64,000 nucleotides of DNA, taken from the IMG/VR virus record IMGVR_UViG_3300005713_000004, positions 1 to 64,000 of that record; one strand, 5' to 3'. The DNA comes from a virus (taxonomy: Duplodnaviria; Caudoviricetes). The notes beneath the pieces were generated by a model. That model made no database searches, was not told the DNA's origin, and worked only from the letters and a program-made list of their open reading frames with translations. Position 1 is the first letter of the stretch. Each line of letters begins with the position of its first letter. The translations under genes and the position numbers were made by a program. Below, piece after piece: positions 17,077-24,595 of this stretch.

Positions 17077-19377
17077 GTGTCGGAGACGCCTACCCGGATC
17101 ACGATCCCGCCCGCGCTGGGCTACCCGGTGTTGGGCGTCCTCGTCGTGTTCATCGCCGGGTGGCTCTACACGTTCGCCGGGGCGGAGCACTTCGCGCCGT
17201 GGTGGCTCCTGCTCGCCGTGCCGGTGCTGGGCTTCCTCGGCGCCGCGCTCGCCCGGACCTTGTGGGCGGACGTCGCGTACGGGGTCGCCCAGCAGCGGGC
17301 GGCGGTGTGGTTCGCGTGGGTCGCGGCGGCCGGGGCGGGGGCGTGGCTCACGTGGGCCGGGCTCGTCACCCCGGGCGCCGCGCTCCCGCTGCTCGTGTTG
17401 GGCGCCCTGCCGTTGTGGGGGTGGTTCGCGATCCTGTGCCTGCGGGCGCCGAAGGCCCACGCCCGGCAGGTCGAGCGCCGGGAGGAAGGGCGGCAGATCG
17501 TCCAAGAACGGTCGTGGCGGACGATCCTCGACCGGTCGGGGTCGGAGGACGTGGTGATCACGGAGGTCCGAGAGCACCGGGCCGGGATGGTCCTCACGGT
17601 CGAGCCGGACCCGGACGCGGCGAAGTTCCCGACGTACGACGAGTTCGCGGGCCGGGCGCCGTCGATGGCGACGCAGGCGGCGATGCACTACCGGCGGACC
17701 TCGAACACGCGGCTTCCGAAGAACTGCGTCCGGACGGAGCCGGGCCGCGACGACGCAGAGTTCCTCGTCCACATCACGATGCGGGACGTGTTCGGGGCCT
17801 CGACGTGGTACCAGCCGGACGAGGTCCCGGGGGACATCGCGGACCCGGTGGATCTGGGCGAGTACGAGGACGCGGCACGGCTGCTGCTCCCGCTGGACGC
17901 GAACACGAAGATCGTGGGGGCGACGGGGGCGGGGAAGTCCAACCTCGTGAACAACATCATCGGGCGGATCACCGGCACCATGAACGCGCTCGTGTGGGTC
18001 GCGGCCACGGACAAGTTGGTCCCGCTCGTGTGGCCGTGGCTGCGGGCGTGGCTGTCGGGGAAGACGAGCCGCCCGATCCTCGACTACGTCGCTGGGCAGG
18101 ACATCGACTCCGTGTTGCGGCTGCTGCGGGCGACGTACCGGCTCGTCTGCGAGCGCAACGCCCGACTTGAGGACGAGTCGAAGATCCGGCCGACGGCGGA
18201 CCTGCCGGTGGTGTTCGTGATCCTCGAAGAGGTGTCCCACCTCACCGACTTCCCGGACACCATCCGGACCCACGACGGGATCGACTGCACGGCTTCGGAC
18301 CTGCTCAAGATGATTGCGCAGGCGGACCGGTCGGCGGGGGTCCGGCTGTTCATGCTGTCGCAGTACGGGATCAACGCGGCTCTCGGCGACCGGGCGTCGG
18401 AGTTGATCCGCAACATCACGTGCAGGATCTGCCTTCGGACCATGGAATCCCACGACGGGTTCCGGACCCTGCCGGGTCTGCCGTCGACCGTGGACACGAC
18501 CTCGCTCGCAAACTTCACGATGTACGTGCAGCCGAACACCGAAGAGGCGCGGGCGTTCCCGGCGAAGGCGCCGGAACTGGACGGCGCCGAGCAGGTCGAG
18601 CCGGTCGCGATCGGGAACACCCGGTGGCGCCCGGCCGGGGTCGAGCCGGAGGTGGCCGCGCTGCTCGGCCTCGACTACGAGCGGCGGTGGGCGTCCTCGC
18701 GCCTGCCGATCCTGGCGGCCCCGGTGGCGAGGCGCGGGTGGGAGTGGCCCGGCGAGCAGGTGGCGCCGGTCCCGGTCCCGGCGGCGCCGGTCGACGAGGT
18801 GGACGAGGGGTCGCCCGTGGCGGGCGGCCCGAACGATGGGGGGGACAGCGTGGATACGACCATGAGTCCGGAGGACGAGGACGCGTTCCGGCGGCTGCTC
18901 GGCGGCGACGAGCCGGAGCAGCGGCAGGGACCGGCTGCGGCTGCGTCGGTCGCGGTCGACCGGGACGAGGACACGAGCGGGCGCGCGGCGCCGTTCGAGG
19001 TCCCCGACTTCGGCGCGGAGATGGCGGAGATGGAGGCGCTCGCGGCGGACATCGCGGCGAACCCGTTCGTCCCGGGTCGCGATCAGGACGCGACCCGGGA
19101 GGCTGGTCCGGGTCGCCCGGTCCCCGACCCGCTCGACCGGGTCGTCCGGTGGCTGGACTCCGTCCCGGTCGACGAGGACGCGTGGGTCCGGACGGAGGAA
19201 CTCGTGTTCCGGATCGGGTGGGACCGGGACGCGGCGGCTCTCGGTCGGGCGCTCGCGAAGTTCCCGGGCGTCCGGTCGGACAACCTGCCCCGGCAGTTCG
19301 ACCCGCAGCAGCGGAAGGGCTACCCGGTCCGGATGCTTCGGGAGGCGGCGACCCGGTACCGGTTCGGGTCGCCGTAG
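17077..19377 (+). CDS. traB: TraB-type FtsK/SpoIIIE DNA translocase (actinomycete conjugation ATPase)
   Basis: N-terminal TM helices, Walker A GATGAGKS, Walker B VFVILEE, DRSAGVRLFMLSQ arginine-finger region, acidic linker, C-terminal winged-helix-like domain. Confidence 0.88.
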   Translation: MSETPTRITIPPALGYPVLGVLVVFIAGWLYTFAGAEHFAPWWLLLAVPVLGFLGAALARTLWADVAYGVAQQRAAVWFAWVAAAGAGAWLTWAGLVTPGAALPLLVLGALPLWGWFAILCLRAPKAHARQVERREEGRQIVQERSWRTILDRSGSEDVVITEVREHRAGMVLTVEPDPDAAKFPTYDEFAGRAPSMATQAAMHYRRTSNTRLPKNCVRTEPGRDDAEFLVHITMRDVFGASTWYQPDEVPGDIADPVDLGEYEDAARLLLPLDANTKIVGATGAGKSNLVNNIIGRITGTMNALVWVAATDKLVPLVWPWLRAWLSGKTSRPILDYVAGQDIDSVLRLLRATYRLVCERNARLEDESKIRPTADLPVVFVILEEVSHLTDFPDTIRTHDGIDCTASDLLKMIAQADRSAGVRLFMLSQYGINAALGDRASELIRNITCRICLRTMESHDGFRTLPGLPSTVDTTSLANFTMYVQPNTEEARAFPAKAPELDGAEQVEPVAIGNTRWRPAGVEPEVAALLGLDYERRWASSRLPILAAPVARRGWEWPGEQVAPVPVPAAPVDEVDEGSPVAGGPNDGGDSVDTTMSPEDEDAFRRLLGGDEPEQRQGPAAAASVAVDRDEDTSGRAAPFEVPDFGAEMAEMEALAADIAANPFVPGRDQDATREAGPGRPVPDPLDRVVRWLDSVPVDEDAWVRTEELVFRIGWDRDAAALGRALAKFPGVRSDNLPRQFDPQQRKGYPVRMLREAATRYRFGSP

Positions 19378-19567
19378 GCTGTCCGGGTCGTCCCGTCCTG
19401 CTACGCGACCCGCTACGTGGGTCGGGGCGACCCGGACAGCCACCGGCGCGCGGCGAGCCGGAGCGGGTCGCCGGACCGGGGTGGACGACCCGGGAGAACC
19501 TGCTCCACGCGAGAGGCCCGGCCCCGACGGGGGCCGGGCCTCTCTGCTGTCCCGGGTTAGCGACCCG
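19071..19567. repeat. clt-like cluster of CGACCCG repeats (about 15 copies)
   Basis: Counted in the traB 3' end and downstream intergenic DNA; resembles the GACCCGGA TraB recognition repeat of pSVH1. Confidence 0.65.
19511..19544. terminator. bidirectional hairpin between convergent units
   Basis: Perfect 15-bp stem, 4-nt loop. Confidence 0.75.
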
Positions 19568-19898
19568 CGAGCCAATCGTTGAACCGGTCGCGAGCCTCTT
19601 CCTCGGACCCGGCGTAGTAGCCGCCGCCGGGGCCTTCCTCGAAGTAGCGTTCCGCCGCGCGCTCCGCCGCGATCTCCGCCCGGTGCTCGGCCTCCCATTC
19701 CTGCTGAATCGCCCAGCAGTGTCGGACGTGGGCAACGGTGGCGTGGCGGACGATCGCGTCCGGCCCGGTGACGCCGTAGCCCCGTTCGGTGTCGGAGCAG
19801 GATCCGCAGCGGACGCCGTCCGCTGTGCGCTCCGGGAGGCGGTAGTACTCGATCTCGTCGATCGGGCGGGCGGTGGCGGCCGTGGTGAGGGTCGACAT
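19557..19898 (-). CDS. hypothetical protein (CxxC, HxxxC)
   Basis: GGAGG RBS after boxA-like leader. Confidence 0.7.
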   Translation of the reverse strand: MSTLTTAATARPIDEIEYYRLPERTADGVRCGSCSDTERGYGVTGPDAIVRHATVAHVRHCWAIQQEWEAEHRAEIAAERAAERYFEEGPGGGYYAGSEEEARDRFNDWLAGR

Positions 19899-19916
19899 CG
19901 TGTCCTCCGGTGAGGG

Positions 19917-19990
19917 TCTCTGTTGAGTTTTCAACCGGACCCGGTGGGCCCGACACGAGAGACATTACACGGCGACCCACGACCACGCAA
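19917..19990 (-). promoter_or_regulatory. promoter TTGCGT-17-TAATGT plus hairpin and boxA-like TTGAAAACTCAACAGAGA
   Basis: Repeat-family match. Confidence 0.75.
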
Positions 19991-20034
19991 GCCCCCTGCG
20001 CGACCCGTTGCAGATCGAGACCCCACCGTGACCC

Positions 20035-20157
20035 GCAACGGTTGCGCAACCGTTGCGCCCAGCCGTGGACACGGCCAAAGCCCCCTCCCCACCTGCGAAA
20101 ACACCGCGAGGGGGGAGAGGGCTCCGCGTGCAACGGTTACAGCCGCAACGGTTACAG
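20035..20157. repeat. GCAACGGTT palindrome and direct repeats
   Basis: 22-bp perfect palindrome at 20035-20056; GCAACGGTTACAG twice (20130, 20145). Confidence 0.7.
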
Positions 20158-20721
20158 GACCAGCAATGCGACCCCCACCCACGACATCACCGACACCGGG
20201 AAGTACAGCCACGCGAGGCGGCTCGCTTCGACCTCGGACCCCGTCGAGAACACCCGCCCGATCCGCAGCCGCCCATCCCGAACCGCCGTGTAGTACCCCC
20301 GGTCGCGGCCGGGCCACGGGATCCCCGACATCGTCCGAGCGTCCCCCCACAGGTGGACGCAGCAGCCCACGAACACGCAGGCCCACCACCACACCGCCAT
20401 GACCGGGCCGCCCAGCGGCGCCGGGACCAGCAGCGCCAGCAGCGCCACCGGGAGCCCGAACACCGCCGCTGCGGACCTCGTGTGCGTCCACCCCCTGTGC
20501 TCCACGAACAGGCACAGCAGCCACGACACGAGCCGCGTCGCCGGTCCGAGCGAGTGGGTCACCGTCGAGCCCGGGTGGTCGAGGTCCGGCAGGAGAGCGG
20601 AGTACCCGACGAGGATCCCGCCGAGCACGGCCGCCGGGAGCGGGACGCCCAGCCCGTGACCCGCCCCGGCGACCCACGACCCGGCGGCGAGCCCGGTCGT
20701 GAGGTGGCTCCGGGCCATCAT
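20152..20721 (-). CDS. YdjM-family membrane metal-dependent hydrolase
   Basis: RSH...ALLPDLDH...HRGWTH...HLWGDA motifs. Confidence 0.85.
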   Translation of the reverse strand: MMARSHLTTGLAAGSWVAGAGHGLGVPLPAAVLGGILVGYSALLPDLDHPGSTVTHSLGPATRLVSWLLCLFVEHRGWTHTRSAAAVFGLPVALLALLVPAPLGGPVMAVWWWACVFVGCCVHLWGDARTMSGIPWPGRDRGYYTAVRDGRLRIGRVFSTGSEVEASRLAWLYFPVSVMSWVGVALLVL

Positions 20722-21644
20722 GACGCGGACTCCGCGTCCTGCTCGACCGGAGCCGGGACGGGTCGCACAGCGGGTCGCGCGTCCCGGGCCTGCGCGAGCA
20801 GCCGGGTTGCCTTCGACCCGCCGCAACCCGCGTGCTCCCGGACCGCCTTCGCGGTCGGCGGGCGGCCGACCCGGTCCCACTCCGACCCGATCCACGCGAC
20901 CGTCGCCGGGTCGTCCGGGTCGCCGACCCGGGTTGACCCGGCGGGTCGTGCCGGGTTGCGGGTCGCCGGGACCCGGGTCGGGGCCTTCCGGTCGGGACGG
21001 GTCGCCGGGTCGGCGACGGCCGGGACGGGTCGCGAGACGACCTGCTCGACCCGGGTCGTCGGGCGGGCGGCGAGCGCGGCGCCTACGGCGTCCCGGATCG
21101 CGTCCCGCTGCTCGACCCGGATCGCGTCCCGGATGCGCTCCGGGTCGGCGGAGACCGGGATGCCGACGAGGTGGGTCACGGGCCACGTCGTGTCCACGTC
21201 CGCGCGCATCCGGGCGACGTAGTCGCGGACGCGGCCCAGCATGACGGCGACGAGTTCGAGGGTGACCGCGAACGAGATCGGGGCCCACACGGCGGCGGCG
21301 AGGCGGCCGACGCCCTCGCCGACGGACGGGGCGCCGAACGCGTCGGCGCTCGCGAGGTTCGCGGCGATGGTGCCGATGAACCCGACCCCGAACGCGAGCC
21401 ACGGGACGAAGCCGATCGGCTGCTGCGCCCAGCGGCGGGAGTACATCACCACGAGCGCGGCGATCAACATCCCGTCGGTGGTGAGCGGGAGCCACGCGGC
21501 GCGGGACTCCGCCTCGCCGTAGGTCCGGAACACCTCGTACGCGTGGTGGTAGGAAGCGACGGCGGCGGGCCCGCCGACGGACGCGAGGATCGCGGCGATA
21601 CCGAGCAGCATCGCGGCGACCGCGAGAGCGGTTCGGGTGGTCAC
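20718..21644 (-). CDS. DUF2637-family spread-type membrane protein with C-terminal HTH
   Basis: ASYHH...GE...AWLPLTTDG, four TM helices, PPTAKAVREHAGCGGSKATRLL winged helix. Confidence 0.8.
   Translation of the reverse strand: MTTRTALAVAAMLLGIAAILASVGGPAAVASYHHAYEVFRTYGEAESRAAWLPLTTDGMLIAALVVMYSRRWAQQPIGFVPWLAFGVGFIGTIAANLASADAFGAPSVGEGVGRLAAAVWAPISFAVTLELVAVMLGRVRDYVARMRADVDTTWPVTHLVGIPVSADPERIRDAIRVEQRDAIRDAVGAALAARPTTRVEQVVSRPVPAVADPATRPDRKAPTRVPATRNPARPAGSTRVGDPDDPATVAWIGSEWDRVGRPPTAKAVREHAGCGGSKATRLLAQARDARPAVRPVPAPVEQDAESAS
20759..21147. repeat. second CGACCCG cluster (about 20 copies) inside the DUF2637 gene
   Basis: Encodes ATRP/DP-rich linker; mostly direct repeats on the coding strand. 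Confidence 0.7.
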
Positions 21645-22084
21645 GGGAGGATCTCCAGTCGGACGGAGCGGGTGATGTCGTGGCCGTTGTCGTCGAGCAG
21701 CGCGACCGGCTCCGCGCGAACCTCGATCAGGTCCGACGGCGGGCGGCGCGTGGTGGTGGCGGTGGCGCGCATGAGGGTCATGTGGTGGGCGACGGCGACC
21801 GCGTCGGCCGGGTCTTCGGCGATGTGGACCCCGACGACCTGCTCGTCCGCGTAGTGGCCGACGAGCAAGATGTACGCCTGCGTGCGCGGCTGCTCCGGGT
21901 CGGTGGCGCCCAGCCGCTCCGCTTCGCGGGCGACGGCTTCGCGGTAGGCGTGTCCGGTGTCGCGGACGATCAGGCAGGCGGCGCGGTGACGGAGCCCGGC
22001 GCCGGTGAGCCCGGCGCCGATCGGGCAGGTCATCTCACAGTCGTCGCGGGCCTCGAAGTAGTTCGCGGGGGTGAGGGTGTCCAT
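21641..22084 (-). CDS. hypothetical protein
   Basis: AGGAG RBS; coupled to the DUF2637 gene. Confidence 0.65.
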   Translation of the reverse strand: MDTLTPANYFEARDDCEMTCPIGAGLTGAGLRHRAACLIVRDTGHAYREAVAREAERLGATDPEQPRTQAYILLVGHYADEQVVGVHIAEDPADAVAVAHHMTLMRATATTTRRPPSDLIEVRAEPVALLDDNGHDITRSVRLEILP

Positions 22085-22139
22085 CGGGGTTCTCCTGTAG
22101 TGGGGCCCCGGCCCCCGGGGTGGGGGCCGGGTCCGGCGG

Positions 22140-22268
22140 TCAGTTCTGCGCTCGCCACGCGGCGGCGTCGGCGCAGGTCTCGCAGTGCCCGTCGCACTGC
22201 GGGTCGCCGCAACCGGCGGGGGAGGTGTCGGGGCGGGGGATGTAGATCCGGTGGCCGCTGCTGCTCAT
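22140..22268 (-). CDS. small Cys-rich peptide
   Basis: GAAGGA RBS; CGDPQCDGHCETC. Confidence 0.55.
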   Translation of the reverse strand: MSSSGHRIYIPRPDTSPAGCGDPQCDGHCETCADAAAWRAQN

Positions 22269-22314
22269 CTGTCCGGTCCTTCCGTTGGGGCCGCTGTCCG
22301 GCCCGACACGACAG

Positions 22315-22378
22315 ACATTACACGCCCCCCGTGGGTCACGCAACCCCCTTGCGTGAACCCACGGCAGGCGTGTAACGT
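22315..22378. promoter_or_regulatory. back-to-back divergent promoters (TTGCGT-17-TAATGT leftward; TTGCGT-18-TAACGT rightward)
   Basis: -35 boxes form CACGCAA-N5-TTGCGTG; gene orientation switches here. Confidence 0.8.
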
Positions 22379-22385
22379 CTGCGGC

Positions 22386-22724
22386 ATGACGACACGGACA
22401 GCACAGCCCCCCGCCCCACCGAAGCCGGTCCACCTCACCCCCGGCGAGACCCGGGGCACGTGGACGGCCGTTGACGGCCGGTTCACGATCACGACCTACC
22501 GTGCCGGGCGAGGCGCCACCGCCGACGAGCGGGAGCAACAGGCCGCCGGAGCGCTCGACATCGTGGACACGGCGCGGCGCAACATCCTCGGACACGTGGG
22601 TACCGACACCGCCCGCGTCTACGACCGCGAGGACGCCGTGGGCGCCATCACCCGCGTCCTACGGATCGAGCACCGGGACGCGGTCCGCCTCGCCGAACTC
22701 CGCGTCGCCCGGCGGGTGATCTGA
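22386..22724 (+). CDS. hypothetical protein, leaderless
   Basis: ATG 7 nt after the -10 element. Confidence 0.7.
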   Translation: MTTRTAQPPAPPKPVHLTPGETRGTWTAVDGRFTITTYRAGRGATADEREQQAAGALDIVDTARRNILGHVGTDTARVYDREDAVGAITRVLRIEHRDAVRLAELRVARRVI

Positions 22725-22726
22725 TC

Positions 22727-22954
22727 ATGTGCTCGAACACGAAGCGGCACTTCCGCGACGAGGGCCCTGCGCTCGCCGCGATGCACCGGATGATCCTCAA
22801 CCCGCAGAACCGGCGCCACCACAACCCGTGCCGGGTCATCCCCTGCGACCGGCACTGCGGGGAGTACGTGCTCACCTCGTCCCCACAGCGGGCGACGAGC
22901 GGGCGAGGCAGGACGAACGGCGGGAAGGGCTCCCGCCGGAGCGGACGGAGGTAA
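22727..22954 (+). CDS. small Cys/His protein
   Basis: C..KRHF...PC..HCG.Y.LTS, similar in pattern to 11474-11740. Confidence 0.6.
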   Translation: MCSNTKRHFRDEGPALAAMHRMILNPQNRRHHNPCRVIPCDRHCGEYVLTSSPQRATSGRGRTNGGKGSRRSGRR

Positions 22955-22959
22955 CGACG

Positions 22960-23319
22960 ATGGGCCACACGATCGGGCAGGCCGGGACCCGCGAAGAGCA
23001 GCGGGTGTTCATGGTCGCCACGCTGGACGAGGACGCGACAGTCCTCGTCTCCGGATACCACCGCAAGCAGGAGTGGCGCCCGACCCGGGTGGCCGCGACG
23101 TTCGAGCGGGACCGCCCGAACACCACCGGGCCGTGGAACTCGTGGACGATGATGTCCGCGCACGTGAGCGGGTTCAACCTCCGGAAGGACGGGTCCGCAG
23201 GCGCGGACCACCGCGAGCGGCTGTACAGCAACGACCGGGGCGGCCCCGACGTGGCCGCCGCGCTCGCCGACATGGCCCGGCTCGTCGAGGCCCACGGCGT
23301 CGACCAGCCCGAAGCCTGA
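22960..23319 (+). CDS. hypothetical protein
   Basis: GGAGG RBS; hairpin downstream. Confidence 0.7.
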   Translation: MGHTIGQAGTREEQRVFMVATLDEDATVLVSGYHRKQEWRPTRVAATFERDRPNTTGPWNSWTMMSAHVSGFNLRKDGSAGADHRERLYSNDRGGPDVAAALADMARLVEAHGVDQPEA

Positions 23320-23330
23320 CCGGAACGACC

Positions 23331-23364
23331 AGCAGCCCCCGGACCACATGGTCCGGGGGCTGCT
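23331..23364. terminator. bidirectional hairpin
   Basis: Perfect 15-bp stem. Confidence 0.7.
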
Positions 23365-23369
23365 TCGTG

Positions 23370-23451
23370 TCGCGGCGGTGGGACTCGAACCCACGACCTC
23401 CGGGGCCTCCCCCGGCGCGCTGCTCGTGATCCGCTGGTCGTACGCCCGGCG
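23370..23451 (-). pseudogene. tRNA-like element (intact T-arm, degenerate remainder)
   Basis: AGGTC variable loop and GTGGG-TTCGAGT-CCCAC T-arm; 5-bp anticodon stem with non-canonical 6-nt loop; acceptor stem only partly paired. Confidence 0.45.
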
Positions 23452-23508
23452 GGCGAGGCTTCCGGCTGCGCCACACCGCGAGCCCCCACAGTAGCCGTGG
23501 ACACGGCC

Positions 23509-24396
23509 TCACGACCAGACGAGCCCCACGACGTTGACGTAGCCGCCTCCGGTCCCGAGGACGAGCGGGGCGGTCATCGTGATGGTGCAGCCGGTCGCGG
23601 TGAGCGTCCCCGACTTGAGGACCATCGTGATCGAGCCCAGCGTCCCGCCTCCGGGCTCGCGCAGGATCGCGATCGAGGTCGGGACGGCGCCTGCGCTGGT
23701 CCACGTGACCGCGACGTCGGTCGGGGTATTCAGCGCGAGCGCAGGCACCGCGACGCGGCCGTGGACGAGCCGGGGCCGGAGCGCTTCGAGCGCGGTCACG
23801 CGGGTGGTGAGCGCGGCGACCGCAGCGGCTGCGGCGTCGGCGGTGGTCTTCGCTCCGGCCGCTGTCGCGCCCGCTGCGGTCGCGGTCGACTGGGCGGCGG
23901 CTGCGTCCGTCTTCGCGGTGTTCGCCGTGGACTGGGCGGCGGAGGCTGCGGTACCGGCTGCGGTGGCGGTGGTCTGTGCTGCGGCGGCTGCGGTCGAGGC
24001 TGCGGCGGCTGCGGCGGTCGCCTCCGTGGCGCTCGTCTTCGCGCTGTCCCCGGTGGCCTTCGCGGTGTCGGCGGCCGTCTTCGCCGCAGCAGCGGCGGTC
24101 GAAGCGAGCGCGGCGGCTGCGCTCGCGGACTGGGCGGCGGTCGAGGCGGCTCCGGCTGCGGTGGTCGCGTCGGCGGCTGCGGTCCCGGCGGCGGTGGCCA
24201 TGGTCCGGGCGTTGCTGGCCATGGTCCGGGCGCTGTCCCCGGTGGCCTGCGCGCTGTCGGCGGATGCCTGTGCCGCAGCAGCAGCGGCGGCGGCTTGAGC
24301 AGCGGCGTAGGACCGACGCTCAAGCTCGATCAGACGTTCGGTGACCGGGCCGGTGATCTGGCGCACGCTCGACCTCCCGTCGGCGCGGGCGGACAC
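23509..24396 (-). CDS. Ala/Thr-rich coiled-coil protein with C-terminal beta domain (tail-fibre-like)
   Basis: About 170 aa of A/T/S heptad-like repeats ending LTTRVTALEAL, then a beta-rich domain; start uncertain. Confidence 0.6.
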   Translation of the reverse strand: MSARADGRSSVRQITGPVTERLIELERRSYAAAQAAAAAAAAQASADSAQATGDSARTMASNARTMATAAGTAAADATTAAGAASTAAQSASAAAALASTAAAAAKTAADTAKATGDSAKTSATEATAAAAAASTAAAAAQTTATAAGTAASAAQSTANTAKTDAAAAQSTATAAGATAAGAKTTADAAAAAVAALTTRVTALEALRPRLVHGRVAVPALALNTPTDVAVTWTSAGAVPTSIAILREPGGGTLGSITMVLKSGTLTATGCTITMTAPLVLGTGGGYVNVVGLVWS

Positions 24397-24525
24397 GAGG
24401 ACAGGGTAGGGCGGGGCGCCGGGCGACGCACCTTCCCCACCGTGGATTACCTTGCCAAACCTTCCGTGGATTGTCAACCCGCCTGGTCCGATCGGGTGAC
24501 AATCCACGGAATCCACGCAGGGGGC

Positions 24526-24555
24526 TTGCGCGTGTCCACGCCTTGCGGGTAATGT
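24526..24555 (+). promoter_or_regulatory. promoter TTGCGC-18-TAATGT with CGTGTCCACG overlapping the -35/spacer
   Basis: Repeat-family match. Confidence 0.75.
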
Positions 24556-24595
24556 CTCTCATGTCAGGCAAGCCCCCCCCGCCACGGAGGACACG

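Noticed and set aside
17917-17943. ParA or terminase ATPase
   Set aside because: The Walker A is classical GxxGxGKS within a TM-anchored FtsK-like protein, not the deviant ParA motif; no terminase nuclease domain
16471-20133. 1220-aa minus-strand ORF (also 14706-17027, 773 aa)
   Set aside because: Arg/Pro-rich antisense shadows of traA/traB; long stop-free shadow frames are expected at this GC content
23370-23451. Functional tRNA with an assignable anticodon
   Set aside because: The anticodon loop is 6 nt without U33, the acceptor stem is mismatched and the D-arm is poor; kept only as tRNA-like
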